Assembly: GCA_951406725.2 (NCBI GenBank)
Contig: OX597823.1
Span: 117,428,001 to 117,492,000 of the forward strand
Reading direction: 5' to 3'
DNA length: 64,000 nucleotides
Source of the DNA: Octopus vulgaris
Lineage: Eukaryota
Shown: in pieces, positions 26,883 through 44,894 of the stretch
Layout: every line of letters starts with the position of its first letter
How positions within the stretch are numbered: the first letter of the stretch is position 1
Program-made: the position numbers and the translations under genes
The notes under the pieces: generated by a model
What the model saw: the letters and a program-made list of their open reading frames with translations, nothing else
Databases searched by the model: none
What the model was told of the DNA's origin: nothing

Positions 26883-28562
26883 GTGTGGCTTGTTCTGTTA
26901 GAACAAGCTACACTGTGGGGATTACCATGAGAGCAACTCTCATATTGGCTTTTGATGCCAAATGCATTCTTGTTTACACCACAAGGAGGGATATAAATCC
27001 CTGCCACCACTAGCGTTTAGACCACCAGATCACCTGATTTTGACTTTCTTTGGTCTTATCAATGAGGGACACCTGACTACCAGAGATAGCAGCAATTCCT
27101 CTCCCTACCAGCGATATATAGAATAACACTACCAGTGTTTCAGTAAACTATATGAACCTTAATTGTCAAGAAGAGATACCAGAACTTCCATAGGAGAGAT
27201 AAGTATTGTATCCAGAAGTGAGGGCAGTTAACTTTCCTTACGATACTAAATACAGACCAAAATGCATGCACACACACACACACACACATGGGTATGCATG
27301 TGTATGAGTGCCCATGTGTACATGCACGTATATGTAGACACACAGATGAGCACAAATATGACACACATACATGGAGATCACCCACTACACTTTCAGAGTG
27401 GTTGGCATTAGGAAGGGCATCCAGCTGTAGAAACTCTGCCAGGTCAAGATTGGAGCCTGGTGCAGCCATCTGGTTCAGTCAAATCGTCCAACCCATGCTA
27501 GCATGGAAAGCAGACGTTAAACGATGATGATGATGATGATGATGATGCACACAAGGTTATACCAAAGACTGAGTATTTGACCCCCTAATCATTAGTATAC
27601 TTTTCATTGTTTAAAGTTTAAACAGTACACTTAATTCTAGATGCTTCAGTTCATCTAGTCGTTGTTAGGAATAGGTATCTTATCTTCTAATAAGGTTATG
27701 TGGGATAAGCAAGTGCTACAGATAAAGGGAAATTTTATATCATTTACTCAATGTAATGATGACAAAACTAAGGGTCACCCCATTACAGTCCTTTAGAAAT
27801 TTGGACTTCTTCATTAGTTAATCAGTAACATCTATAGAACAGAATGTTAGAGTCAAACTTGAGGGAATTGACTAAGATTAAACTAAATAATGTTATGAAT
27901 TCAGACATAGACAAACACTTTAGTAACTTAGATATATTAACTGACCAAAATATAAACATTAACCACAATTAAAATCAAGCAGAAATGGATGTATATAAAT
28001 ATACTAATGTGCCGGTGGCACGTAAAAGCACCCACTACACACTGGGAGTGATTGGTGTTAGGAAGGGCATCCAGCTGTAGAAACTCTGCCAGATCAGATT
28101 GGAGTCTTGTTCGCCAGATCTCAGTCAAATCATCCAACCCATGCTAGCATGGAAAGCGGATGACAAACGATGATGATTATGATGATGATGTTGCGACTTT
28201 GATTAATGTTCCATATTAGATATTGTGTCATTGAGCAAAGTACTTCATTTCACATTGCTCCAGGCAGTTAAAGATGAGTAGCAGCCAAGTACTGAAAGAT
28301 GAGTAGCAGCCAAGTACTGATGCAGCTCTCTCTCTCCTTGTAGCTGTTGCCTCTTTAGTGTTCTGCTGGGTTAAGTGTGGAAGATTCAGGAGAATGTTCG
28401 TATCTGCTCACAACTACAGAGGAACATAAAGCCATAAAGCAGTCAGTAAAAGTATAGTATAACCTACTACATCATATCCAATTGTAAGAGACAGCTAAAT
28501 TAGAACCATACTCAAAACAAAGATGGATTATAAAATTATGATAGATAAAACTTACCACTTAC

Positions 28563-28882
28563 AGGCAGACTTGAACTTGTAAGAAAGAAACAAACCCAGT
28601 TTCAAAGACTGCTAGAATCTGGTGAATAAAATTCATTGTAAACATTGTAAAAGAAATCTGATGTTCATTAGAATTGGTGCCAATGGAGAAACAAGTCCAA
28701 ATGTAGATTTCCAATGAACTTATGAATGAATTGAAAAACATTTTGTTAGATATTTCATGCAAGTTATTAAGTAATTGCATTGATAATACAATGTCTGGCT
28801 GTGTTGGAATCTTTTCTATTTATATTATTCATGTCCTCTTTGATGTAAGCAGTTGTTTGTAAAACATTCTAATCATGCATCA
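28563..28882 (-). pseudogene. Dynein heavy chain-like pseudo-exon, AAA2 lid region
   Basis: Acceptor ttacag, donor GTAAG; IPTQPDIVLSMQLL..SFISSLEIYIWTCFSIGTNSNEHQISF resembles VPVSEINLVQSL..FVFSLIWSIGANLDEESRKKF; two stops. Confidence 0.55.
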
Positions 28883-29394
28883 CTGTAACAATGTATGAAT
28901 AGGTCATGTGATTGTTAGTTGAAATATTTCATGGTTTTTCTTCAGAACTAAGTTCTACATTGAACTCAAAATATAACAATGGCCACATTGTTCACAGCAG
29001 TCTTGGCAAAAAGTTTTTATTTCCCAATATAGTATCAATAATTGTATTTCACAAGTAAACATGAGTAACACATGAAGCAACAGCATTAGCAACAACAACA
29101 AAAGGCGTTACAATGAGACTTTAATAATTAGACAGCAAAAGAAACTGTAAGACATGTTGTCATTAAAAAGTCATAGAAACATCAAGGGAGGAGAATCAAT
29201 ATTATTGAGTGGGAAACCCAAATAAACTCTTCGGCAGTGCTTCGATGTGTGAGTGTATAGCATCATCATCATCATTGTTTTAACATCCACTTTTCCTTGC
29301 TCGCATGGGTTGGACAGAATTTGTTGTGGCAGATTTTCATTGGCTGGATACCTTTCCTGTCACTAATCCTTACCTGTTTCCAAGTAATGTAATG

Positions 29395-29780
29395 CAGAAA
29401 CGTTACCATGCTGGGTGAAATGCGTAGCCATATTTCATCTGCCATTACGGTCTGAGTTCAAATTACGCCGAGGTTGACTTTGCCTTTCATCCTTTCGGAG
29501 TCGATAAATTAAGTACCAATTATGCACTGGGGTCAGTGTAATCAACTTAATCCATTTGTCTGTCCTTGTTTGTCCTCTCTGTGTTTAGCCCCTTGTGGGT
29601 AGTAAAGAAATAGGTATTTTGTCTGTCTTTACATTCCAAATTCAAATTCCGCCGAGGTCAACTTTTCCTTTCATCATTTCAGGCTCGATAAATTAAGTAT
29701 CAGTTGTGTAGTGGGGTTGATTTAATCAACTGGCCCCTTCCCCCCAATCTTGGGTTTTGTATCTAGAGTAGAAAAGAATA
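29395..29780 (+). mobile_element. SINE family C, tandem pair
   Basis: Two successive ttcaaatt..gccgagg..ttcatc..gataaattaagta cores. Confidence 0.8.
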
Positions 29781-29920
29781 TTTTGCTATGACCAGACATA
29801 CCTTCATAGAAGATTGAAAACAAAGAAAACCACTTGCATCACAGTGACATTCATTTACAATTATCATGCAACATGAGCCAACAAAACAAGAAGAGACTCA
29901 TACATACATGTACGCATATA

Positions 29921-29979
<59 letters not shown>

Positions 29980-30128
29980 AATAGTGTACATTTAAACACA
30001 AAAGAAAACTACCTTTAACAGGTAATTTTTATATGCTAGAAGAAGCAGTCAAAACGACCAAACCCACATTTAATAGCAATTTTCGAAGGGAATGAAAAAG
30101 AAAAACTTTTACCTTGTTATTTTTTTTG

Positions 30129-30199
30129 CAGTTATACCCAAGTTTCAAGTTTCTTTAGCAAATAAAATAATTTGCTCGGAAAATTCTCATCAGTAACTG
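30129..30199 (-). ncRNA. Type-I hammerhead ribozyme motif with long stem II
   Basis: Reverse complement: cagtta CTGATGA gaattttccgagcaaat-tatttt-atttgctaaagaaactt GAAA cttggg TA taactg; perfect 6-bp stem I, GUA site; element 29978-30345 lies between (TA)n tracts. Confidence 0.72.
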
Positions 30200-30353
30200 T
30201 GCCATAACAACTAACTTATAATTCAGAGACAAATAACATGTGTCTCATCATCATACATTATAACTTTTCAAAATCCAGCGCAGTTTCAGTCGGTGCCGAA
30301 TGGATAATGTCGAGCTGATTCTTCGAAAGTGCCAAGATCATATCTTATGTATA

Positions 30354-30386
<33 letters not shown>

Positions 30387-30428
30387 GTATATATATGTAT
30401 ATATATGTATATATATGTATATATATAA

Positions 30429-30485
<57 letters not shown>

Positions 30486-30521
30486 ACTATATATATATAC
30501 ACGTGTATATATATATATATG

Positions 30522-30552
<31 letters not shown>

Positions 30553-30572
30553 GTAACTATATATATATACAC

Positions 30573-30670
<98 letters not shown>

Positions 30671-30712
30671 GTATATATGTATATGTATATATATATGTAT
30701 ATATATATATGC

Positions 30713-30762
<50 letters not shown>

Positions 30763-30943
30763 GTATATGTATATATGTATATATATATATATGTGTATAT
30801 ATATATATATATATATGTGTATATATATATGTGTGCATATATATATATGTGTGTATATATATATGTGTGTATATATATATGTGTGTATATATATATGTGT
30901 ATATATATGTATATATGTGTGTATATATATATATATGTGTATA

Positions 30944-30974
<31 letters not shown>

Positions 30975-31395
30975 GTGTATATATATATATATACAGCTGG
31001 CTACTTTCACCTTCTGTCAACCATGTTCACTCATAAGACTTACATTGGCCTTGGGCAATTGTAGAAAACACTTGCCCAATGGGCCACAAAATAAACAATG
31101 AGATTGAACTCAGAACTATGTGGTTTGGAAGCAAACTTCTTACCACAGTCACACATTATATAATCACACACATACACACTTGTATATATATGTTCTTTTT
31201 TTCTTTTTTCTTGTTTCAGTCATTTGACTGTGGCCATGCTGGAGCACAGCCTTTAGTCAAGCAAATCAACCCCAGGACTTATTCTTTGTAAGCCTAGTAC
31301 TTATTCTATCAGTATCTTTTGCTGAACCACTAACTAATGGGGACATAAACACACCAACATCGGTTGTCAAACGATGTTGGAGGGAAAACACATAA

Positions 31396-31438
<43 letters not shown>

Positions 31439-31574
31439 TAGATAGATAGATAGATATACACACATGTATATATACATATACATATATATATATACATACA
31501 TATATATATACATATATATATACATATATACATATATATATACACATATATATATATACATAAACATATATACA

Positions 31575-31880
31575 TCACGTGATCATGTGACTGACCAGTC
31601 CATCAGATGTAGTTACACATCGCTGGTCACAATTCGTTCGCATTGTTTTAGCCTTCGAACGACGCCACCCCGCTGGCTAAGCGAGCAGGCCAACAGAAGA
31701 AAGAGTAGGAGAAAGAGTGGTGAAAGAGTACAGCAGGGATCACCACCCCCTGACGGAGTCTTGTGGAGCTTATAGGTGTTTTCGCTCAATAAACACTCAC
31801 AACGCCCGGTCTGGGAATCAAAACCGCGATCCTACGACCGCGAGTCCGCTGCCCTAACCACTGGGCCATTGCGCCTCCAC
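31575..31880 (-). mobile_element. SINE family D, full length, with inverted partner at 32093-32335
   Basis: tRNA-like head (tggcccagtgg A box, ggttttgattcc B box); 32093-32335 is a 5'-truncated + strand copy. Confidence 0.85.
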
Positions 31881-31906
31881 ACATATATATATATATATAT
31901 ATGCAT

Positions 31907-31940
<34 letters not shown>

Positions 31941-31974
31941 ATATACATATGTATATATATACATATACATATAA

Positions 31975-32093
31975 ATCCTTAAATCCTGAAAAATGTTTTA
32001 GCCTGAAGGCCGTGGCCATGCTGGGGCACCAGCGCCGAATGAGCTACACTAATATGTGAATCCACCTCTGATACATGGCACTTGATCAGCAAG
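31975..32093 (-). mobile_element. LINE 3' end fragment, same subfamily as 37990-38807
   Basis: tacactaatatgtgaa.ccacctctgata shared with about 38004-38050; ggtgccccagcatggccac terminal motif. Confidence 0.75.
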
Positions 32094-32586
32094 TTTCAAT
32101 TCCCAGACCGGGCATTGTGAGTGTTTATTGAGCGAAAACACCTAAAAAAGATCCATGAGGCTCCGGCAGGGGGTGGTGATCCCTGCTGTACTCTTTCACC
32201 ACTCTTTCTCCTGTTGGCCTGCTCGCTTAGCCAGCGGGGTGGCGTCATTCAAAGGCTAAAACAATGCGAACGCATTGTGACCAGCGATGTGTAACTACAT
32301 CTGATGGACTGGTCAATCACGTGATGGTCACGTGATATATATGTATGTATATATATATATATATATATGTATGTATATACATATACATACATATATACAT
32401 ACATACATATATACATATACATACATATATACATACATATATACATACATACATATATATATACATATGTATATACATGCATATGTATATACATACATAT
32501 ATATATATATACATACATATGTATATACATACATATATATATATATATATACATATATATATACATACATACATATATATACATAC

Positions 32587-32639
<53 letters not shown>

Positions 32640-32644
32640 CATAC

Positions 32645-32678
<34 letters not shown>

Positions 32679-32719
32679 ATACATATATATACATAACTAT
32701 ATATATGTATATATATGCA

Positions 32720-32762
<43 letters not shown>

Positions 32763-32963
32763 GACAGGCTTCTTTCAGTTTCTGTCTAACAAATCCACTC
32801 ATAAGGTTTTGGTCAGCCTGAGGCCACATTAGAAGACACTTGCCCAAGGTGCCACTCAGTCGGACTGAACCCTGAACCATGTGGTTGGTAAGCAAGCTAC
32901 TTACTACACAGCCTCTCGTTTATTATTAAAGCTGCAAAAACATCACAAAAATATCATAAAAGT

Positions 32964-33001
32964 CTGCTACTCAGAGTTTCACGTTCCTATTCATTAGACA
33001 G
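32964..33001 (-). ncRNA. Degenerate minimal hammerhead motif
   Basis: Reverse complement: ctgt CTAATGA ata-ggaa-cgt GAAA ctctgag TA gcag. Confidence 0.5.
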
Positions 33002-33131
33002 TTTCGATTGAGACTCAATTTTTGTAAGAATAAATCATATTGATCTACTTCGGGTATTCAAGTACTAACTTTTTCCACCTTGTTTCACATTTATGTGCTT
33101 ACTCTGATATATATATATATATATATATATG

Positions 33132-33258
33132 TTTCTGTTGAAGAGCATAGGCTCAAAATGTAAAAGACATTTTCATTTTCCTAAGCATCAAACTAATACA
33201 CTTACTTATTGTTCCTACACCTGTCTTTGTCTTTTGTTTTTCTATAAATTTTAACTAT
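33132..33258 (+). mobile_element. Penelope-like terminus with degenerate hammerhead between (TA)n tracts
   Basis: ttt CTGTTGA a gagc-atag-gctc AAAA tg TA aaa; tail homologous to the 25183 copy. Confidence 0.5.
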
Positions 33259-33403
33259 ATATATATATATATACACATACATACACACACACACACACAC
33301 ATGCACACATATGTATTTTCATATATATATATGCATATATATATATATATACATATATATATACATATATATATACATATATATATATGTATATATATGT
33401 GTG

Positions 33404-33434
<31 letters not shown>

Positions 33435-33569
33435 GCACGCATATATATATTTATATATATATAGGTCCAAGCCATGTTAGCATAGAAAGCGGACATTAAA
33501 CAATGATGATGATATATATACACATACATATTTTTATACATACACATGCATATATTCATATATATATAT

Positions 33570-34002
33570 CAATAATAATAAAGGGTAAAATTAATTAATA
33601 ATTAATAATTTTACCTAGTAGTTCAATATGTTAAAAGAACCATTATCGGTAAACTTATACATAAAATTTTATAATTATGAATATAATTATAATTAGGTTT
33701 CAGCAAAAATTTGCTTCACCACATGCGGAAATTTAGAATTAGCAATTAAAACTAACTATTTCCATACCGTAAGAAAATCTCCTAGAGAGCAAATACTCAA
33801 TAACCCTCACAGGTAAAGAGAAAAAAATAATGAATCCACCCAGCTTTACCTGCGTGAGTTGTTGAGTTTTTGCTGTCTGGGAAATTTTTTTATGGTAGGG
33901 AAATAGTTCGTTTTAACTGCTATTTCTAAAGTTCGGTATGTGGTGAAGCAAATTTTTGCTGAACGCTAATTATAATTATACTCATAATTATAAAATTTTA
34001 TA
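33570..34002 (-). mobile_element. Foldback element with about 160-bp inverted arms and shared terminal hairpin
   Basis: Arms about 33660-33818 and 33843-34002; hairpin ggtaaaatta/taattttacc at 33584-33615; (TA)n on both sides. Confidence 0.7.
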
Positions 34003-34003
34003 T

Positions 34004-34057
<54 letters not shown>

Positions 34058-34082
34058 AATGTGAGGATAAAATATATATATA

Positions 34083-34828
34083 TCAAATGTAGGGATAAAA
34101 TTCTTTTCGAAAAAAAAAAATATTTTCTCGAAAAAATTTTATCAATGGCCAGCATATTAAAAAATACCTTTAAAGGTTAAATTTATAAACAATTCATAAA
34201 TGAGGGCAAAGGAAAAATTTCTAATGCCAAATATGCCGAAAAATTGGACATATTGTCCATTAACCATATAATTTTTTCACAATACGCACGCTACTCGAAA
34301 AAGGTCGACAGAAATTTCTAAAAAATTCCATTATTACCATATCGGACCGATTTCAGAGTTAGCTACTAAGAGCCCTCTCTTCGTCAGTGATATATGTGGC
34401 AAAAGAAATAAATGAGATACTTACTCATACCCATGGAAGAAGCAAACACTAAGTCATGGGCACAACTAAGTACCCCAAATACATCCAAAATAGAAATACT
34501 CCAGCCCATTCGAGGCACGTGCGATTTGAACTGAGGCTGTCACAGGGTGAGTTAGTTAGTTCGGAAGTGAACGCTTAAATTTATATCAGTATGAGTAAGT
34601 ATCTCATTTATTTCTTTTGCCACATGTATCACTGACGAAGGGACGGCTCTTAGTAGCAAACTCTGAAATCGGTCCGATATGGTAATAATGGAATTTTTTA
34701 GAAATTTCTGTTGACCTTTTTTGAGTAGCGTGCGTATTGTGAAAAAATTATATGGTTAACGGACAATATGTCCAATTTTTCGGCATATTTGGCATTAGAA
34801 ATCTTTTTTCCTTTGCCCTCATTTATGA

Positions 34829-34833
<5 letters not shown>
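34083..34833 (-). mobile_element. Penelope-like element with about 242-bp inverted arms, each carrying a hammerhead
   Basis: Arms 34189-34430 and 34589-34833; hammerheads at 34338-34394 (-) and 34625-34681 (+): atatca CTGACGA agag..ctct GAAA tcgg TC cgatat; (TA)n on both sides. Confidence 0.78.
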
Positions 34834-34866
<33 letters not shown>

Positions 34867-35417
34867 AACAGCAACAGATGTATTGTGGTACAGATGGTAC
34901 AGCTGGTACAGATGGTGTTTTTTTATTTATTGATGAATAGAAGAATTAGATGCCTTTCTTCCAATCTCTGATTGGAAGGTGTATAATGGAGTTACAAAAC
35001 TACCCCCTCTGTTTTATGATTAAAAATTTAGGGATTACGGTGGAAGTGAAAATATAACAGTTTGGTATAGAATGGGATTTCAGGTTTAGTTGGGTAAAGG
35101 GGTGAGTTAGGATGAGGTATAAGACAAAGTTAAGATTAGAACACCAAAAATTAATGGGAGGCAGGACAAACAGACAGACAATCAGGGAATAATAAATATA
35201 TTTAGTCTCAGCCTAAATGTCTCAATGATTTTCATTGATCCATTGAAATATAATATCAGAAATTGATAATTTTGATAAATGAATGATATTTTAATACTTA
35301 AATGAAATGATGATATTTCAATGTATATGTATATATGTGTATGTGTGTATTTTATTGGTGTGTGTATATGAATATTTTGTTAGTGTATGTGTGCAGATGT
35401 ATATTGCAGGAGAGAGA

Positions 35418-35457
<40 letters not shown>

Positions 35458-36254
35458 GTGTGTGTATGTGTGTGTGTGTGTGTGCGTGTGTAACAGGCAG
35501 GCGGTTGTGCTGTGTATAAACTGAGTGATAGCTGTCAAAACAAATTGGTTTAGTCTGAATTCTCAATACATTTCAGACATTCACTTCATTCTGGTTATCT
35601 CATTCCACCCACCACACATCTTCCTCCTTTTTTTGGCTCCACCCTTACACACACACACAGCTACCGTTTTCACCCCACCCCCAACCGACTTCCTCTCTCG
35701 CACTTTACCCCCCACCCTTACATCACTCTCACTCTCCCCACCGCATCTTTCATTCATTAACCTCATCTGTGACATTCTCTTTGATCACAATTCACTTACA
35801 CAATCAGAAATCTTCAGCTTATTCTTTATTTTCTGGGTGTTGAATGATGAGTTCAGGGTGTTTGTTGTGACTATGATGATGATGACGATGGTGATGGTAT
35901 AATCCTTTGCCTTTGTTCGGGAGGTGGTTATTGCTATTTAGCCTCAGGTCACCCCTGAACCAGCAAACATGATAAAAATTATTTCGTCTATGACCATCCT
36001 ATTTTCCTTTAAGAGATATGAGGAGTGACTCCTTTATCAAATGGGACATTTCCTTATTTAAAATGGTAGATTAAGACTGGAAGGAAGAAGGGAAAGATAC
36101 ATTCGTTCATCCTTCATTTTCCAAGATGACCAAGACTACACCTCTGAAACATTGCATCAACAGAGGATGCAACCATGGAAGTTTCTAGAGATCTGTGACT
36201 GTTCCCATCATGACCAAACCACACGACTGCTCCCCTCAGTATTATTCCTCCCCT

Positions 36255-36735
36255 AGGTGGTGAGCTGGCAGAAGTGATAGCATTCCAGGCGAAATGCTTA
36301 GCGGTATTTTGTCTGCCATTACGTTCTGAGTTCAAATCCTGCCGGGGTTGACTTTGCCTTTCATCCTTTTGGGGTCGATAAATTAAGTACCTATTTCTTT
36401 ACTACCCACAAGGGGCTAAACACAGAGAGGACAAACAAGGACAGACAAATGGATCAAGTTGATTATATCGACCCCAGTGCGTAACTGGTACTTATTTAAT
36501 CGAAAGGATGAAAGGCAAAGTCAACCTCGGCAGAATTTGAACTCAGAACGTCATGGCAGACAAAATACGGCTACGCATTTTGCCCAGTGTGCTAACGTTT
36601 CTGCCAGCTCGCCACCTTTAAGGGGTCAATGAATTAAGTACCAGTTACGCACTGGGGTCGATATAATCGACTTAATCCCTTTGTCTGTCCTTGTTTGTCC
36701 TCTCTATGTTTAGCCCCTTGTGGGCAATAAAGAAA
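36255..36735. mobile_element. SINE family C nested in inverted orientation inside another family C copy
   Basis: Outer + copy is split, inner - copy at 36392-36617; duplicated ggggtc.at.aattaagtacc on both sides. Confidence 0.85.
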
Positions 36736-36944
36736 TAATATAATATCAATCATCATCATCATCATCGCTTAATGTCTACCTTCCATGCTGGCATCAGGTG
36801 GACAGTTTGACGAGAGCCAGCGAGGCAGGAGCCAGCAAGGCAGGAACCAGCAAGGCAGGAGCCCGCACCTTACATCTGTCTGTTTTGGCAGGGTTTTTAT
36901 GGCTGGATGCCCTTCCTAACACCAACCAGATTATATATTTTTAA

Positions 36945-37310
36945 GAGGTAAATCTCTGACATTTGATGAAACAGGAGGAATCTGACAGGAGAAATACACT
37001 GGTAGGAAGTACATAGAATTAAGGGGTCGAATTTGTGCTGAATGGGGCTGAATTCACAAATGAAATATTACACAATCTATTATAATTATAATAATAGATC
37101 TAAGTAGGTTGATCACAGATTACATGGGGTCTAAGTAATATAGTATTGGAACACTGGGATTAAACATAATACTTGTAAATTAGATAATGATTGGCGGAGA
37201 CTATAATCAGAGTCAGACTGAGTCCATGGCTAGAGATAGTGAGCACACACACACATCCTGATGTATTTGGTGGAAGTCTATTGTGGATATATCTAAACTA
37301 TTCTGGTAGT
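36945..37310 (-). pseudogene. Dynein heavy chain-like pseudo-exon, AAA2
   Basis: SIMFNPSV (cf. TYVLNPKAI) and VIFHL*IQPHSAQIRPLNSM (cf. IIFDGPVDPEWIENLNSV); stops. Confidence 0.45.
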
Positions 37311-37484
37311 TAAAGCAAACAGATAAAATCTTTAAAACAAATTTCTAGCTTATTCTACAAAATATCAATATTTATTCTAATAGATTAGTAAATATTGGTA
37401 TAACAATATAAATATCAGTTTAAGACCACATTGGCAATGAATGACATCAATATATCGACAGAGGGCAGTTTTACATGTGTGTAT

Positions 37485-37520
<36 letters not shown>

Positions 37521-37777
37521 GACAGATAGATAGATAGATATAAATATGAATATATGTATGTGTATATATATATGTGCATATATATATATATATATATATA
37601 CGGAGTGGTTGGCGTTAGGAAGGGCATCCAGCCGTAGAAACACTGCCAGATCAGACCGGGCCTGATGCAGCCTTCCGGCTTCACAGTCCCCAGTTGAACT
37701 GTCCAACCCATGCTAGCATGGAAAGCGGACGCTAAATGATGATGATGATATACACATATATATATACATATATGTAA

Positions 37778-37824
<47 letters not shown>

Positions 37825-37989
37825 CATACATATACATACATACATATACATACATATACATACATATATACATATATATATATAAATACATATATATATA
37901 GATATATATATATATATATATATACATGCAGGGAATTTCAATCCCAGAGCCTAAGTCTGTGAGGGACCTGGGTATCGACATGAGTGAGG

Positions 37990-38807
37990 ATAACCCTTTC
38001 TAATACACTAATATGTGAAGCCACCTCTGATACGTGGCACTTGATCATCAAGGGAGTTCGATGCTCTGCCCACATCTGTGTCTCCTGTCGTGAGGTAGGT
38101 TCATCTGGGACTCCCGACAAGAAGAGATCCAGTTTAGTTTTAAAGAAACCCACATCCACACCATATAAGTCTCTCAGGCATTTAGGGAGGATGTTAAAGA
38201 GCTGTGGTCCTCTGAAACCCAAGCTGTTGCAGTATCTGGACCTGTATTTTGATGGTGATGTTGGAATCCTTGGCACCACGCAGCGGCGCCCCGTTCTGCG
38301 GTTGGAGTAACTTTGAATGCCAAAGTTTGGGACAAGACCCTCCAGGATTTTCCAGATGTATATCACTGCATATCTCTCCCGCCTCCGCTCCAGGGAGAAG
38401 AGGTTTAATACCTTCAGTCTTTCCCAGTAGCTGACATTTTGCATTGAGACGATCTTCTTTGTGTAGCTACTTTGAATTGCTTCGAGTTCTGCTGTTAGTT
38501 TCATATTGTGTGGTGACCATAGTTGGGAGCAGTAGTCCAAGCGGCTGAGGACGAATGTTTTCCAGTGGACCATCAGTGTCTCCTTCTCTCTTGTTCTGAA
38601 AGTTCGGAGAATACATCCAGGTAGCCGTCTGCATTTTATCACCAGATTAGTAATATGCACTTGTAAAGATGCATCATTGCTCATGTCAATGCCCAGGTCA
38701 CACACTGATTTTGACTCAAGGATTGCAATTCTTCCTGGGCCAGTGTATCCAGTCTTCACGTCGTTTACCTTTGTGTGCCGGTAGCGCAGGGCCTGGAACT
38801 TACCTGC
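37990..38807 (-). mobile_element. CR1/L2-group LINE, 3' part of ORF2, truncated
   Basis: [35 protein letters not shown]; homologous to the 41.3-43.1 kb copy; a short + strand piece of another copy at 37928-37985 ([15 protein letters not shown]). Confidence 0.92.
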
Positions 38808-43115
<4,308 letters not shown>

Positions 43116-43131
43116 TATATATTTTACAAGG

Positions 43132-43224
<93 letters not shown>

Positions 43225-43230
43225 CATATA

Positions 43231-43330
43231 NNNNNNNNNNNNNNNNNNNNNNNNNNNNNNNNNNNNNNNNNNNNNNNNNNNNNNNNNNNNNNNNNNNNNN
43301 NNNNNNNNNNNNNNNNNNNNNNNNNNNNNN
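43231..43330. other. Assembly gap (100 N)
   Basis: Run of n. Confidence 1.
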
Positions 43331-43339
43331 ACAGCTTAA

Positions 43340-43470
43340 TGTCTTCTGTGTATTTTAACACTGTAACATGCTCCAAGTTGGATCTATTTCATTAAAATAT
43401 TCTACAAACAACAGGGAACCTAAAATAGGTCCCTGTAGATCACCAGACGTTACTGCATAGGGTTCAGAAT
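43340..43470 (-). mobile_element. Old LINE RT fragment
   Basis: VTSGDLQGPILGSLLFVEYFNE resembles [22 protein letters not shown]. Confidence 0.6.
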
Positions 43471-43581
43471 GTTCTAGTATTATGGCTACATCTTTTCAAC
43501 CAAGAATAACCAATTCTAAAGCCTAGCTCTGATGTTAAAGCATTGCAGGAGTAAATTCAACAGATGCTATGGAATTCAATG

Positions 43582-43788
43582 TCAGCAGAAGTGAAGATGG
43601 TAGACTTGAATTCTCAACAGTGAAATTGCCAGCATAGAATTCGGCAAGAGGTTCTGTGCACTGGGACAGCTAGGGGAACTTGGCATAAAGCAAATATGTT
43701 TGTGTGTGTGTACTGACAGATGGACATATAACATAAACAGAAGCATATTAAAGGAACACACAGCCCTACACACACTATTCCTGAACAA
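43582..43788 (-). pseudogene. Dynein heavy chain-like pseudo-exon, AAA1
   Basis: Acceptor tttttag; CSGIVCVGLC and CSFNMLL..HLSVHTHKHI in adjacent frames resemble FSGLAQSGAW CFDEFNRL..VLSVVAQQI. Confidence 0.4.
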
Positions 43789-44039
43789 CTAAAAACATTT
43801 TAAAACTTTATATGTTCTTGTCTTCACAAGGTCTGCTGGTCTCCCATGGTGACCACATGGCTAGATCTTACAACATTAATTAAAACTGAAAGCTAAACTT
43901 CCCTTCAAAATCTGTATCGATTTCAACTGAACAGTTTCTAACCTTTTACAAGGACAACTCTACTCCACAAAAGTGTATTATTCATATATTTTGAATGGAG
44001 TTTATGTACACACCTCCAAGAAACGCTATTGTTTGAGAC

Positions 44040-44252
44040 TATGCACATGGCTCAGTGGTTAGGGTGTTGGACTCATGATCATAAGATTGTGGTCTCGATT
44101 CCTGGTCTGGGCAATGCATTGTGTTCTTGAGCAAAACACTTCATTTCCCCTTGCTCCAATCCACTCGGCTGGAAAAAATGTGTAATCCTGCAACAGACCA
44201 GCGTCCTGTCCAGGTGGGGAATATATATATGCCATGAAACCGGGAAACCAAC
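44040..44252 (+). mobile_element. tRNA-derived SINE with RTE-like tail (family D-related)
   Basis: tggctcagtggttag A box, ggtctcgattcc B box, tatgagtaggtacgactg tail. Confidence 0.75.
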
Positions 44253-44472
44253 CTGTATGAGTAGGTACGACTGAAAAAGGTAACTTTACCTATACATCAC
44301 TAATTAACGAGTCCTCATTAACAAGCTACAATTATTACACTAACATGTTGTATCCTCTCTCAATAACCACAGCAGTTGCTGCTCCTTTCATCTACCAAAC
44401 GATGTAGCATACAAATTCATCCACCTCTCCTTCCCTCATATAAAACATTTCAGTTACACTTCACTGTCCTGA

Positions 44473-44522
<50 letters not shown>

Positions 44523-44894
44523 CGACCTCTTACATGCATACACATCCTATCGATGCTTTCCCTACAGATGACAACCAGAAATAGTTTTCTCTCAACATCA
44601 AGATCACCAGTGACAGGCAAAAAGTTAGAGACACTGTTTCTCACCCTTTCACTAAAATGCAAAGTATTTTTTCAATAACCATTGACACATAACTACATAT
44701 TCATAAACATACAAACACACGCAATGAATCCTCTAACTCTAGGTTGTCAGGGAACTCCTGAGATTCTCCTTTCTTTGAATCAAAGACATGTTAGTAAAAT
44801 GCTTTATATTTTGATCTGTCTATAGGTTTCATTTAAACTGAACTTTGTAAGCTAATGACATATTCTTTAATTAAAGAATCTTATTATTTATAGC

